Source of the DNA: a virus
Lineage: Duplodnaviria > Caudoviricetes
Virus record (IMG/VR): IMGVR_UViG_3300034062_004332
Location: 1,687 to 65,686 of that record
Reading direction: 5' to 3' (one strand)
DNA length: 64,000 bases
The position numbers and the translations under genes were made by a program. The notes beneath the pieces were generated by a model. That model worked only from the letters and a program-made list of their open reading frames with translations, was not told where the DNA came from and made no database searches. Shown piece by piece: positions 28,008 through 38,358 of this stretch (position 1 is its first letter; each line of letters starts with the position of its first letter).

Positions 28008-30236
28008 ATGCCTGCTGACAATCTGAGCGTTCGTAGCCGCTTTAGTGAGATTCTTGAGGCTGCTCGCACTCAGGATCGCAGCAAGCAGTCAGCGACTATG
28101 GTTGTGTTGGGCCATCTGCAGCAGATGGTCCTTTTGATGCTTAAAAAGGGGCTGTTTTTCTACTGCGATCAAGATACATACGAAGCGCGGACTAAATTTT
28201 TACAGGATCTGATTGAGCTGAACCGGCTAGACATTCGTTTTCCGGCCATTATCAGGAATTTTCTGATCGACGGGTGCGGCTTGTTCTATTTCAGGCCAGA
28301 TCAGAAACTTAAGTACCAGATTTACTTTTTTAATAAAGATCAGTACAGAGTTTACCATGATGTAAATGGCGCTATTGAAGAAGTCGTCATTCTGTACAGC
28401 TATAAAGTTCGTAACTCTATGCTGGGGCTTCCCAGTGAGTCTGTTGGTCAAAACAAGCGCTACGTTCGTCTGTCTTTGACAGCAGATACTGTTTCTGAGT
28501 ACGAATCGAACACAGAACTGAGTTTTGACCTTGAGCCCGGTGGTCTGCTGACGCCTAAGAGTCAGAAACCAAATGCGCTTGGGTTTATTCCAGCCGTGGA
28601 GGTCTTAAATAAGCCAAACGCTAGCGGCACAGAAGGCGAGGGCGAGTTTGAGCAATTCATGGAAGCGGTCGTGCTCCATGACCAAATGATGACGAACATT
28701 GCCAAGAACATTGAGTTCTTCGGCAACCCCACGCTCGTTAGCTCGCGGCCTCGGAGTGATCTGGTCGAAGCAACTGGCTCGGATCGTAACTTTCGTCCGA
28801 CTATTAGTAGTCAGAGTGGTTTCGGCGGAATCGATACTCCGTCCACGCGAGTTTCTGAGCCTTTCGGGGCCGGTAGTGCGTTCGGCGGTCTGCGGGTTCC
28901 GCGAATCATTGCCAACGTTGAGCCCTCTGACCGGGTTGGTTTCTTGACGCCTGACCCGGTGAACGGGGACATGAACCGTTATGCCCTGCTGCTGCGCGAA
29001 GAGATTCGTACAGCGCTAGGCGGCGTGGATGAGATTTCGATCTCGGCTGGCGCAACTGCAACGGAAATTAAAGGTCTGATGGGTCGGGCTCAAGCCACGG
29101 CCATGCGAAAAAACAAGAGCTTCTTGACCTACGGGTTCTGTAAACTCCTTGAGATGATTCTGTATCATCAGGAAAATGTATTCCGTCAGACGTTTGTAGA
29201 AGTTACAGGACTGAAGGCGCCGAAGCCTCCGACTGAGCAAACCCAAGAAGCGATTGCTCGGTACGAAAACCGAATAGCGAAGTTCGAGCAGGATGTCGAT
29301 CGAAAGATTGCTGAGGCGCTCGAAAAGAACAAGATCCCGCGTGGCGTGTATGGTCTGCCCCCGGACGGCGATCGTACAGTTTCGTATAGATTCCAAGGTG
29401 ATGTCTACGAAGATACAGCGTATGACATTAACCAAAAGTCTATTGTTGTTCGGAACTTACAAGAACTTGGTGTTGACAGCGTGGAAGCGCTGAAATTCTT
29501 GTTCCCCGATAAGACTGATTCTGAGCGGGCGGAAATGCTTAAAGGCTTTCCATTCAGAATGGTTCAGCAAACTCAGGGCGCATTCAGCCAATTTCTATTA
29601 TTATTGAATCAGATGTTGCAGACGCCACATCCGCTTGCGCCGAATCAGCCGTTAGCCGCTGACCCTCGGCTCAACTTAACGGCCCTGTTATACAGGACTT
29701 TCGACCACCTTGCGCAGGAATTAACCTACTCGGGCAGCTATGAGCCAGCAGATCCCAGCTTCGATCCCGAGCCCGGTATCCCCGGCGGTAGCGGCCCCGC
29801 AGGCAGCGCCTTCGGTGGATACGGGTTCAACCAGTTACCCGCAATGGGTAGCAACTACCCAGGGGGCACCTTCGGTAGCTATGCCCCAACAGCCGTTGCC
29901 GGGAACACCGGCTATGGCCCCTTCTACCAACAACCAGTTCAGCCAGTCTCCGTCCAGCTACTCCCCGAGCAATCCGTGGGAAGCGGCAATGAGCAGCCTG
30001 GAGCGGGTGGTTTCCCAAATCTCTCCGTCCCCCAGCCCGACAGCACAGTATCCCTCGTACCAAACGGTGCCGCAGGGTACAGCACAGTACAGTCCGAATT
30101 TACAGGCCCAACCGGCGCAATATCCGGCGGCCCTGGCTCCGCAGACCTCGTACAACAACGTCTCTACAACCCCGAATTCTTATCCGACTTCTACGGCAAC
30201 TCCGCAACTCAGCGCAGAAACCGCAGCCGTCGTTAA
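28008..30236 (+). CDS. Portal protein (probable)
   Basis: 742 aa between terL and scaffold/MCP; NIEFFGNP; P/G-rich tail. Confidence 0.7.
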   Translation: MPADNLSVRSRFSEILEAARTQDRSKQSATMVVLGHLQQMVLLMLKKGLFFYCDQDTYEARTKFLQDLIELNRLDIRFPAIIRNFLIDGCGLFYFRPDQKLKYQIYFFNKDQYRVYHDVNGAIEEVVILYSYKVRNSMLGLPSESVGQNKRYVRLSLTADTVSEYESNTELSFDLEPGGLLTPKSQKPNALGFIPAVEVLNKPNASGTEGEGEFEQFMEAVVLHDQMMTNIAKNIEFFGNPTLVSSRPRSDLVEATGSDRNFRPTISSQSGFGGIDTPSTRVSEPFGAGSAFGGLRVPRIIANVEPSDRVGFLTPDPVNGDMNRYALLLREEIRTALGGVDEISISAGATATEIKGLMGRAQATAMRKNKSFLTYGFCKLLEMILYHQENVFRQTFVEVTGLKAPKPPTEQTQEAIARYENRIAKFEQDVDRKIAEALEKNKIPRGVYGLPPDGDRTVSYRFQGDVYEDTAYDINQKSIVVRNLQELGVDSVEALKFLFPDKTDSERAEMLKGFPFRMVQQTQGAFSQFLLLLNQMLQTPHPLAPNQPLAADPRLNLTALLYRTFDHLAQELTYSGSYEPADPSFDPEPGIPGGSGPAGSAFGGYGFNQLPAMGSNYPGGTFGSYAPTAVAGNTGYGPFYQQPVQPVSVQLLPEQSVGSGNEQPGAGGFPNLSVPQPDSTVSLVPNGAAGYSTVQSEFTGPTGAISGGPGSADLVQQRLYNPEFLSDFYGNSATQRRNRSRR

Positions 30237-30684
30237 TCACTTCGGTATCGAGGCTCCCGGCATCCTGAATCAGTATGCCACCACGCTCGAAGATGCTCTG
30301 ATTCAACAGCAAGCTGTTCTGGAGCAAACCAGCCAGCGTGCTGCTGCTATGGAGCACATTCTGACTGATGGTGACACTCTGGCGGATTACACCAATCGTT
30401 ACTTCACTGAAGTGGAGCCGATTGATGTGCAGACTGCTGACGGCTATTATGACGAAAACGGTCAGTTCTGGCCCGCTTCTCGAACCGCAACTCCTCAGCA
30501 GTACGATCAGTTTCCCGCTGTTCCCGCTAACGCTTCGGCTGCTCCCCGTGGCACCGATCCTCAAGTTCAGTGGAATGCCTTTAGCCAGGTGATGAATCAA
30601 GCCCCCGATCAGGCGTGGCGCTATCTGTCGCAAATGAGCCCCGATGCTCTGCGCAGTAAGCTCCTGTTTATGGATCAGGGCTGA
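29740..30684 (+). CDS. Scaffolding protein (probable)
   Basis: P/S/Q-rich N-terminus, coiled coil, helical C-terminus; followed by a terminator. Confidence 0.6.
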   Translation: MSQQIPASIPSPVSPAVAAPQAAPSVDTGSTSYPQWVATTQGAPSVAMPQQPLPGTPAMAPSTNNQFSQSPSSYSPSNPWEAAMSSLERVVSQISPSPSPTAQYPSYQTVPQGTAQYSPNLQAQPAQYPAALAPQTSYNNVSTTPNSYPTSTATPQLSAETAAVVNHFGIEAPGILNQYATTLEDALIQQQAVLEQTSQRAAAMEHILTDGDTLADYTNRYFTEVEPIDVQTADGYYDENGQFWPASRTATPQQYDQFPAVPANASAAPRGTDPQVQWNAFSQVMNQAPDQAWRYLSQMSPDALRSKLLFMDQG

Positions 30685-30706
30685 TAGACTGAATAGGACG
30701 AAGGAG

Positions 30707-30738
30707 AAGACTCACCTTAGGGTGGGTCTTTTTTTTTT
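30707..30738 (+). terminator. Rho-independent terminator
   Basis: AGACTCACC-TTAG-GGTGGGTCT + T run. Confidence 0.85.
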
Positions 30739-30770
30739 GTGTAGACTTAGCTGGAGTTGGCTTAGTTACC

Positions 30771-30968
30771 GTGCCGTTCAAATCAGATAGTCAAAGACGC
30801 AAGTTTTACGCAATGGCCGAGCGTGGGGAAATTTCAAAAGCCAAAGTAGCTGAATACGAAAAAGAGACGAAAGGGGATCTTCCCGAACGGGTGCCTGGGG
30901 CTAAGTCTGAGGCGAAGAAAAAAGCTAAGATGTATGGTAGAAGAAAAGCATCTGAAAAAAATGCCTAA
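30771..30968 (+). CDS. Small basic phage protein
   Basis: MPFKSDSQRRKFYA...EKET..LPERV. Confidence 0.7.
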   Translation: MPFKSDSQRRKFYAMAERGEISKAKVAEYEKETKGDLPERVPGAKSEAKKKAKMYGRRKASEKNA

Positions 30969-31203
30969 TCCGCTTGGTCGTCGTCGCGTCGATACCACGC
31001 CTGTTGAGGCTAAAGAAGAGATTTCTAAATTAAAAGAGGAGCTGAATGATCTGCGTAAGCTGTATCTTCAGGATATGGCTAACGTGAGTAGTGACATGCG
31101 GGCGCTGGTTTCGCAGCTTTCCTCTCAGGCTGAAACGCCTCCTGCAGAGGAGCCTGCCGTTGTTGACGCCCCCGTTGAAGTTGTTGACCCCGTAATTGAG
31201 TGA
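30961..31203 (+). CDS. Coiled-coil hypothetical protein
   Basis: ATG at 30961, heptad pattern. Confidence 0.6.
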   Translation: MPNPLGRRRVDTTPVEAKEEISKLKEELNDLRKLYLQDMANVSSDMRALVSQLSSQAETPPAEEPAVVDAPVEVVDPVIE

Positions 31204-31210
31204 GGCTTAA

Positions 31211-33718
31211 GTGCCCTACTTACCTCTACCAAACTTTAACTACGACTCTGGGCCGAGACGCATACAGTCTGGCCCAAATCACGAAGGTTATGTAGTTTTA
31301 TATTCTGGGGTTGAGTCTACTGGGGCTAATGACGGTTTTGCTGTACTTGGCGCTCCTCTCAGTGGGACGTTAGCTCTTGGAGCGTGGGATTATGACTCGA
31401 ACTGGCGGTACGTTCCGTCCACGCTGCCGAGTCAAAGCGGTTCGCTAAATCCGACGCCATACAACGTCAGCGGTGCGTTAGATACGTATGACGCTACGCG
31501 TATTTATACACGGGATACCGTAGCTGGAGCCCAGGCGGCGAGTGCGATCGGGCCGGAGACTGGAAAGGTCAATCCGCGTGGTGGGGCACTACAGGCTCGG
31601 TCGGATGTCACTCGGCCTGAGACCTATATGTACTTCGGGGGTGGAGCCCCGGACAATCAAGACTATTCACCGTATAACACACCGGATGCTAACAGCGCTG
31701 CTGAGGGTAAAACCGGCGGCGGGGTTACTCACAGATCGTTTGAGAGTTCGCTGCTGACGAACGTTTTAGGCAGTCAAGGTACATCTGATCGTTCTCAATG
31801 GCGGTATCACCAGCCGGTGTACTGCAAGACGTACACGGAAACTCGCCGGTCTGAAACACCCGGCTTAATGTCCACGCCGCTTCGGTATGTTTATCGAGGC
31901 TCGGCTAGTTCATATAACTATAACTACGGTAGTGAGCTGCTTGCTAATAAGGGTGGGTTCGAGTTACTGCCTTATGACGATGAAGTTCTTGGCTGTCCGT
32001 TCCCTGTCGGTTGTCCGACAAACTCTGGTTCTTCTGACCAGTTGATTGTTGGTGATACTTTATCTGCAGTTGTTTATTGTCCTTTCGTTAAGATAGAGTG
32101 GTTTAATTCTGATAATACTTTATTGGGGACTGGTTTAACCTATACTACTACGTCTGCTGATATAGATTATAGAATATATTTTAAAGTTACTTATCCTGAT
32201 GGATCTACTGACAGCTCGTCTACTAACTGTTTCCCTGTTGTTATTGCAGACTCTCTCAGATATTGGTATCGCAGATACAGTACGGGTGCCACTAGAGCAA
32301 AAGTATACTCGTCTGTAGTAGATAATAACGGAGATATGTATGTTGTTCAGTATGTAGGTTCTAGTGTTTTTCCTGCTGTATACAAAATTTCTAATGACGT
32401 TACGCAGCAGTGGGGGCGTGTTTATACCTTAGACCCATCTAAGTTAGCTACAGCTGCGAACGACTTTGGGTCTTCTTATTACTTGTTAAATACAGGACAA
32501 AATCACATCGATTTTCTGGCGTGGCAGTGGACGCCTGCAGGGCCTCCTTATGATTATGATTATCCTGTACGTATTTACAGGTATAGAATTAGCAAAGCGG
32601 ACGGTTCTGTTATTAGCACTGTCGCTTTAGATTGGAACCCTGCTCCCACATTTCCTCCGCTTTACTTCAGTATAAGAGAAGCCAAAGTAGATAGTGACAA
32701 TAACTATTACTTTGTTGGTTCTTTTCCAATACAAGGTGAAATTTTAGTTCCGTGTATCTTAAAATTTACAGAAAGCTTCGAATTTGTTTGGTGTCGTGCT
32801 GTTCAAAAGAAAGTATATAGAACAGCGTTTGGTGATATTTTATGCTCCGCGACTTTACTTGATGGCGGCAGTCCTCAATTTTTGACCTTAAACATTACCG
32901 ACTCTAGTATTATCGGTTGTATGTCTCTATCTAGTACTACTTATGTTGTAAGTAATTATTTTGAGTTGTCTGAATCTGGAAATACTTTAAATAGCTTTTA
33001 CGCTAAATTTAGTACATCTGATTTTGCTAATGATACAAACCCTTTTCAGCCTCGTTCAGTTTGTAGGGACTCAGATGGGAACATTTATGGTGTTGGCGGG
33101 TATGAAACAAGCGTAGCTTTAGGTAGGTTCGCTAGCGTTATTGTATACAAAGATTCTCCATCAGATACTACTGTGTGGGCTAAAGATATAAGGAACACCT
33201 TTTATTATGCTAGTATATCTTCTATAAATGTTTTAAGTAATCAACTATTAGTAATTAACGAAAAACTTGTATTTGTTGCTCCGTGGACTGCTAATACGCT
33301 TCCCGTAACGCATAATTTACTACTGTTTGTTTTTGATACTGAGACAGGTGTTTTAGAACAATGTATAGAACTTAAACCTCCAGACGAAATTGGAGATCGT
33401 GTAATCATCCAACGTTTGCCGGAAAATAATAAATTTTTTGTTCAAACGGATAGTGGTTATAGAATAAGACTTGATATTACAGATCTTCCTGCTAATGGAA
33501 ACTATATCTGTACTGATAATGTTTCAAATAAATACACTGCTAGTGGTTTAGTTCCTGCAGCCAGCAATCATACTTTTTATCGTTTTACTTCTTGTACTCC
33601 TGCGGGGTTTATTACGCGAAACATAGGTTCTTATTTTACATCCGTTAGTCCTGTTGTTACAACTTCAGGCGCTACGGGCGGAATGTTTGGAGATTTTGCT
33701 GGCCAAGATATTCCTTAA
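31211..33718 (+). CDS. Virion structural protein with Ig-like and beta-propeller-like C-terminal region
   Basis: 835 aa; repeats such as VDNNGDMYV, VDSDNNYYFVG, DSDGNIYGVG. Confidence 0.7.
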   Translation: MPYLPLPNFNYDSGPRRIQSGPNHEGYVVLYSGVESTGANDGFAVLGAPLSGTLALGAWDYDSNWRYVPSTLPSQSGSLNPTPYNVSGALDTYDATRIYTRDTVAGAQAASAIGPETGKVNPRGGALQARSDVTRPETYMYFGGGAPDNQDYSPYNTPDANSAAEGKTGGGVTHRSFESSLLTNVLGSQGTSDRSQWRYHQPVYCKTYTETRRSETPGLMSTPLRYVYRGSASSYNYNYGSELLANKGGFELLPYDDEVLGCPFPVGCPTNSGSSDQLIVGDTLSAVVYCPFVKIEWFNSDNTLLGTGLTYTTTSADIDYRIYFKVTYPDGSTDSSSTNCFPVVIADSLRYWYRRYSTGATRAKVYSSVVDNNGDMYVVQYVGSSVFPAVYKISNDVTQQWGRVYTLDPSKLATAANDFGSSYYLLNTGQNHIDFLAWQWTPAGPPYDYDYPVRIYRYRISKADGSVISTVALDWNPAPTFPPLYFSIREAKVDSDNNYYFVGSFPIQGEILVPCILKFTESFEFVWCRAVQKKVYRTAFGDILCSATLLDGGSPQFLTLNITDSSIIGCMSLSSTTYVVSNYFELSESGNTLNSFYAKFSTSDFANDTNPFQPRSVCRDSDGNIYGVGGYETSVALGRFASVIVYKDSPSDTTVWAKDIRNTFYYASISSINVLSNQLLVINEKLVFVAPWTANTLPVTHNLLLFVFDTETGVLEQCIELKPPDEIGDRVIIQRLPENNKFFVQTDSGYRIRLDITDLPANGNYICTDNVSNKYTASGLVPAASNHTFYRFTSCTPAGFITRNIGSYFTSVSPVVTTSGATGGMFGDFAGQDIP

Positions 33719-33805
33719 ACTCAACCGAGGTATTTGCGACATTCACTCTGTATTCCTTCTCTTTTCCAGTTAGATTAACTTTGTAGTTCTTCGGAGGTTG
33801 GCGCT

Positions 33806-36245
33806 TTGTTCGTCGACAATGATTTTCCGAAGCTGCTCGGTGCAGAACTCTACCGTCCGCATCAATAGGTGCCTAAGTGGTGAAAGTCACTTAGCAAATC
33901 CCGTGAATTGCTGGAATCCTTCTTCCAGTGCTTAACAACCCTTCGGGGGAACCTTGACAATCAGACCCGGCCACACCGGGCGCAAAATATTTAAAGACTT
34001 CTCTTTGAGCACGGAGGAGTCGAGGAAATCAGCAGCGAAGCCGCGTGGGAACATGCGGAACGTTCAGAGACTAGATGAAGTAATCCAGACCGGATGAAAC
34101 ATCCACGAGCGCGGGACACCCTACAGGTAAGCTGAGGGTGATGATATAGTCCGAGCTTACACGATAGTAAAGTGTAAGAACTAGAAGATAAAGAGCTTCT
34201 AGGATAACAATCTGCCTGCGTACGTTGTAGAGATGGCTGCGGAGCCTGTTGTAGTCCATGACTTCAGCAAGCAACCAGGCCAGACTGTGCAGCTTGACCG
34301 TTATCGGTTCTAGACTATTACCCTGGAACCCTAAGGTGAAAGCCTTAGTTTAACAAACTCCGTGAATTGCTGGAAGCCCTTCAACGCATTAAGCGCGGGT
34401 AATCAGCAGCCGAGCCAGGTGGTAACATCTGGAAGGTTCAGAGCATAGCTGTGTCTAATCTTTCTGCGACGGATTTTGAATTTGTTTTAGGCTGCGGCGT
34501 GGGAGATGGGAGTTTTTCTCTCATTTCTACTAAGCGAGGAGACAGAAACTATTACTACCCTCGTTTAAAAATTACGCACGGTGTTGAACAAGTTGATTAT
34601 CTGAGGTGGAAAGCTGATCGCATAAACTCGATCTTTAATCGGACGACCCCTGTATCGTACGTATTCAAGAAAGAGTCCAGAGAAGGCTGGAAAGACTTCG
34701 AAGGTTATGAGTACAAATTTACTCATTCTGATCTTCGACCGTTTTACGATTTGCTTTATCCCAATCTTCAGGGTTCAAAGAAAATTACTCGCGAGCTTCT
34801 CGCTGAGTTAAACGGTGTCCCCCTTGGACTTCTCTTTATGGATGACGGAAGCGGCGGTCTCTATCTGGAACAAAATAACCGCAAACTAAAAAGCGGTTAT
34901 AAACGATACGAGTATTTAGTTCCTCGTATCGAATTTGCAACCAACGGTTTTACTTCTGAGTGTGTGACGCTTTTAGCTGACTGGATAGCGTCTGTAAGCG
35001 GTTGCGGCACACGCATTAAACAGAAGACGAATCGAATTTGCATTGTCCAGAAAGACTGTTATAAATTTAGGGATTTTATAGATCCCTATGTGCCGATTTC
35101 CTGTATGCGATACAAACTAGACCTTGAAACTGTAAAAAGTTTCAAGCGAGTCCTTACGGGACAATAAGCAGCCACGAGTGCGGAGCCCCAAACGTAACCA
35201 GCCGTGGGTGATGATGTATGCCGACCTTACGGGATGATAAACCGTAAGAACTAGAGGATAAAAAGCCTTTAGGTTAACAAATGGGGGCAATCCCGGCTCT
35301 AAGGAATCGCGTGAGCGTACTGCAGAACAAACCATTGGTACTGCGAACAGCAGGAACATTGTCAAGGACAAAGTTCTTGTAACTCTTCGTGAGTACACAG
35401 GTCCTGCTGATCCTAGCGATCCTACTCAACCTAGCACTTTTAAGATTGCTAGAGAGACCCTGATTACCGCGCAGCGTTTACTGCTGGACACTGGTAATCT
35501 GACGGCCTTCCATCAATCTATTGGTTCTCTGACTCTGTTAGACGACTATAGAAGATGGCGCGACAGAGTGTTCATTAATGAACTCCTGAAGGCTGTTTCG
35601 AAGGGTCAATCTTCTGACACCCAAGGTGGTTACTACTACCCTGGTGATCTTGCAGTTGGTGCCCTTTCGTACGCTAACGCCGAGCAAGCCAAGTTCGACG
35701 TTAAGGACGATCTTCTCCGCGTGGTTAAGTCTCTGCGCAAGAGAAACGTCCCGACGTATCAGGATGGTTTTTATCGCTGTGTGTGCGATCCGACCTTCCT
35801 TATGCACCTGAGACAGAATAGCGACTTCCGTGAAGTTGCTCGCTATCCTGGCAACGGTCAGATCAACCCTCTCATGTCTTCGATGCAGCCTAACGCTGCT
35901 ATCTACATGGGTCAGGGTTTCGGTCAGGCTACTTTTGTAGCCGGTGAACCGATCATGCCCACTGGATTTGTGTTCGAAGGCGTTAGATTTTTCGAGAGCA
36001 CAAACATGCCCTCGCAGAGTCAAACTGCCACGATCGCTTCTACTAGCGCTTCGTACGAAACTGCCATCGGCATGTTCTTCGGCCCTCAGAGCGTCGGTGT
36101 GGGTATCGGCGGCAACAACGCTCAAGTGTTGTTGAATAATAACGACGATTTCAGCAGATTTATCATGATGATTTGGAGCCTGTACGCAGGTTTCGAACTC
36201 CTGAACGCTGATTTCGCCACCATCGCTTATTCCTTCAACGCTTGA
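33806..36245 (+). CDS. Major capsid protein, spliced: join(33806..33862,34215..34311,35284..36245), 371 aa
   Basis: GGAGG SD + TTG; spliced frame MFVDNDFPKLLGAELYRPH|PAYVVEM...DRYRF|WGNPGSKE... continuous with ORF 35568..36245. Confidence 0.85.
33863..34214 (+). mobile_element. Group I intron 1 (352 nt, no ORF)
   Basis: Exon U with IGS GUGC; core GAATTGCTGGAA, AATCAGCAG, GTTCAGAGACTA, GATATAGTCC; terminal G. Confidence 0.92.
34312..35283 (+). mobile_element. Group I intron 2 (972 nt) with homing endonuclease
   Basis: P1 GGTTCT/GGAACC; GAATTGCTGGAA, AATCAGCAG, GTTCAGAGCATA, GATGTATGCC; terminal G. Confidence 0.92.
34451..35167 (+). CDS. Intron-encoded LAGLIDADG homing endonuclease
   Basis: VLGCGVGDGS and GLLFMDDGS double motif; SCMRYK end. 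Confidence 0.88.
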   Translation: MSNLSATDFEFVLGCGVGDGSFSLISTKRGDRNYYYPRLKITHGVEQVDYLRWKADRINSIFNRTTPVSYVFKKESREGWKDFEGYEYKFTHSDLRPFYDLLYPNLQGSKKITRELLAELNGVPLGLLFMDDGSGGLYLEQNNRKLKSGYKRYEYLVPRIEFATNGFTSECVTLLADWIASVSGCGTRIKQKTNRICIVQKDCYKFRDFIDPYVPISCMRYKLDLETVKSFKRVLTGQ

Positions 36246-36260
36246 TAGGAGGTATTAACG

Positions 36261-37130
36261 ATGGCTATCAACCCTAATCAGATTGCAGTTTCCAAGATTT
36301 ACCCTGGAAACTACACAAACGTGCTGAAGTACTGGCACGAAGAGAAGACCGTTGTTTATGACAACGAGAACGGCACCCCTGAGACTCTGACGGGGCAACC
36401 CGTTGGCGGTCCTGTCGGCGTGGTTTTCCGCCCCGGCTGGATTGCTCAGCAAGCCGTGGGTTTTGTTGATCTGTCCTACCAAGCTCTTGGTTCGGTCAAT
36501 CAGCTTGAGTACTACACTCAGCCTTACGCTTCTGGCGGTGCTTCGAACAAGCCGTTTACCAACGGCACTGTGATTATTCCCTCCCCGGATTATCACAAGG
36601 ATGTTCGCGCTGACATCACCACTGGTATCAAAGTGCCCTCGGGTGCTTTTGTGTACCGTGTGGGTCTCCGTGTTGACGGTGGCGATGTAGTCAGCAGCGG
36701 TGTGGTCGGCGGTTCCGCTACTCCGCAACTTGGCCTTGGCCCCGGCCTTGGCGTTGGTCTCACCACCACGCCGAGCCCGAGTGGTTTCTATGCGACCGTG
36801 GTGGGTGCCAGCAGCCGGATCGAAAACGGCTCCTATAACTCCTCTAACGCATGGAACTCGGCCAACGTGCACCGAGTTACGGCTGAGACCGAGTACGCTC
36901 TTGCCACCGTGGGCAACCTCGGCGGTTCTGCTGCCTCTGGTCTGGCTCAAGCTTCGGGTGTTTATGACCCCCGTGCCGGTGTGGGCAAACTCAGTGGCAA
37001 GAACAAAGCTCTTGCTATCTGTGAGGTGTGCTGGCTTATCCCCGATGAGCCGCCCAAGCGTGACGACATCGTGCTTCAACCGGGTGGTTTGGTTGAATCC
37101 AGCACCTATACGTCTACCGTCCCCTCCTGA
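36261..37130 (+). CDS. Capsid-associated (minor capsid/decoration) protein
   Basis: AGGAGG SD directly after MCP; same biased codon usage; shared terminator. Confidence 0.6.
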   Translation: MAINPNQIAVSKIYPGNYTNVLKYWHEEKTVVYDNENGTPETLTGQPVGGPVGVVFRPGWIAQQAVGFVDLSYQALGSVNQLEYYTQPYASGGASNKPFTNGTVIIPSPDYHKDVRADITTGIKVPSGAFVYRVGLRVDGGDVVSSGVVGGSATPQLGLGPGLGVGLTTTPSPSGFYATVVGASSRIENGSYNSSNAWNSANVHRVTAETEYALATVGNLGGSAASGLAQASGVYDPRAGVGKLSGKNKALAICEVCWLIPDEPPKRDDIVLQPGGLVESSTYTSTVPS

Positions 37131-37152
37131 TCAAACTCAGTTTGTGGATTTC

Positions 37153-37180
37153 AAGCCCCCTCACACGAGGGGGTTTTTTT
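37153..37180 (+). terminator. Rho-independent terminator
   Basis: AGCCCCCTC-ACAC-GAGGGGGTT + T run. Confidence 0.85.
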
Positions 37181-37219
37181 ATGCTTGGCGCTATACTTTA
37201 CTTAGTCAGTGCTTTCATA

Positions 37220-37654
37220 ATGACAGTCGCCGCCACGCGGGAGTACACCTTCACGCCTAACGGTGTGAAAGTCTCCATTATCAGTACTCATGATGACGGT
37301 GAGTACTTTATGGTTAAGTCCCTGACAACTGGTAAGGTTTTCTTTGCTCATAAGAACCAGATCGCTGAAAAAGATGTAGAAGTGGAGGAGGGCGAAAAAC
37401 CCGTTAAGCGCAGGCGTGGTCGGCAAATAGTTCGGCCCGAAGTTCCGGCGTTGACCAGAATCAACATCAACTCGGCGACTCCAGAGCTGCTGACTCAGAT
37501 TCTTAAAGGTATCGGGATGAAGACCGCTATCGAAATTAAAGAACTTCAGCAGTCGTTGCCAGGTGAGCGCTTCTCAAAACTCGATCAATTGAAGTCAATT
37601 TCTAACATTGACTGGGACTCTGTGTTAGAAGGAGATATTGCTTACGTCGAGTGA
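37220..37654 (+). CDS. Helix-hairpin-helix (ComEA-like) DNA-binding protein
   Basis: ININSATPELLTQILKGIGMKTAIEI. Confidence 0.75.
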   Translation: MTVAATREYTFTPNGVKVSIISTHDDGEYFMVKSLTTGKVFFAHKNQIAEKDVEVEEGEKPVKRRRGRQIVRPEVPALTRININSATPELLTQILKGIGMKTAIEIKELQQSLPGERFSKLDQLKSISNIDWDSVLEGDIAYVE

Positions 37655-37700
37655 AAATTTAAATAGCTGTCTAGAATAGGGGCACAGGTGTTTGAGCCCC

Positions 37701-38333
37701 GTGGCGCAACTCTTAGCTGAAGAACTTGCGCAGATTGAACGCTACTTGCGCGAGCAAGGCGTCATCTTTAACGGCAGTTTTACAGACTCGGCCCGTTTAG
37801 ACACTGTATACGCTGCGGTTAACTCCCTGTTTCGGGGGACACCGCAGCTAAAAGTTTCTGCGCTTGATGACTATAACTTTGAGCGCGTTTGTTATCACTT
37901 AAATTACAATATCTCTGCTGTAAGCCCTGCTGATTATGCTCGGCTTATAGAAGCTTGTAACAATATACCTAGTGACTTTTATTACTCTAAAACTATAAAT
38001 CAGATACAGCGCTGCGAAACCGCTGAGATTTACACAGAGCTGGCGTCCAATCGGGCCGCGAGCCAACAGGAAGTCATATTGGGTCAAGGCGATGAGGTGC
38101 TGAATCGTACGATTACGATTCAAGACAACCGCAAGATCATGCGGACGTGGCGAGAGAATTACTTGTACGAGTGCGACAGGTTGTCTGCGATCTTGCACGT
38201 TGTAAACTATAAGGATCCGGTTATCGCTGAATCGCGTTTTATTGCCACGGAGGGTGATTTCATCCAGAGTCTTCCAGGGCCTGTTGATCCTGCCCGGTTT
38301 GACGATCTGTACTTCTTCAACTCCTGGCGTTGA
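37701..38333 (+). CDS. Structural protein, paralog A (head-tail connector candidate)
   Basis: LDDYNFERVCYHLNYN...WRENYLYECDRL; paralog of the next gene. Confidence 0.65.
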   Translation: MAQLLAEELAQIERYLREQGVIFNGSFTDSARLDTVYAAVNSLFRGTPQLKVSALDDYNFERVCYHLNYNISAVSPADYARLIEACNNIPSDFYYSKTINQIQRCETAEIYTELASNRAASQQEVILGQGDEVLNRTITIQDNRKIMRTWRENYLYECDRLSAILHVVNYKDPVIAESRFIATEGDFIQSLPGPVDPARFDDLYFFNSWR

Positions 38334-38358
38334 GTAGACTTAGTTAAAAGGAGAGACC

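Noticed and set aside
34311-34313. In-frame TAG in the capsid gene suggesting stop-codon reassignment
   Set aside because: Explained by the intron 2 splice site; other genes end normally at TAG
35568-36245. Stand-alone 225-aa gene
   Set aside because: It is the distal part of MCP exon 3; the frame is open from 35284
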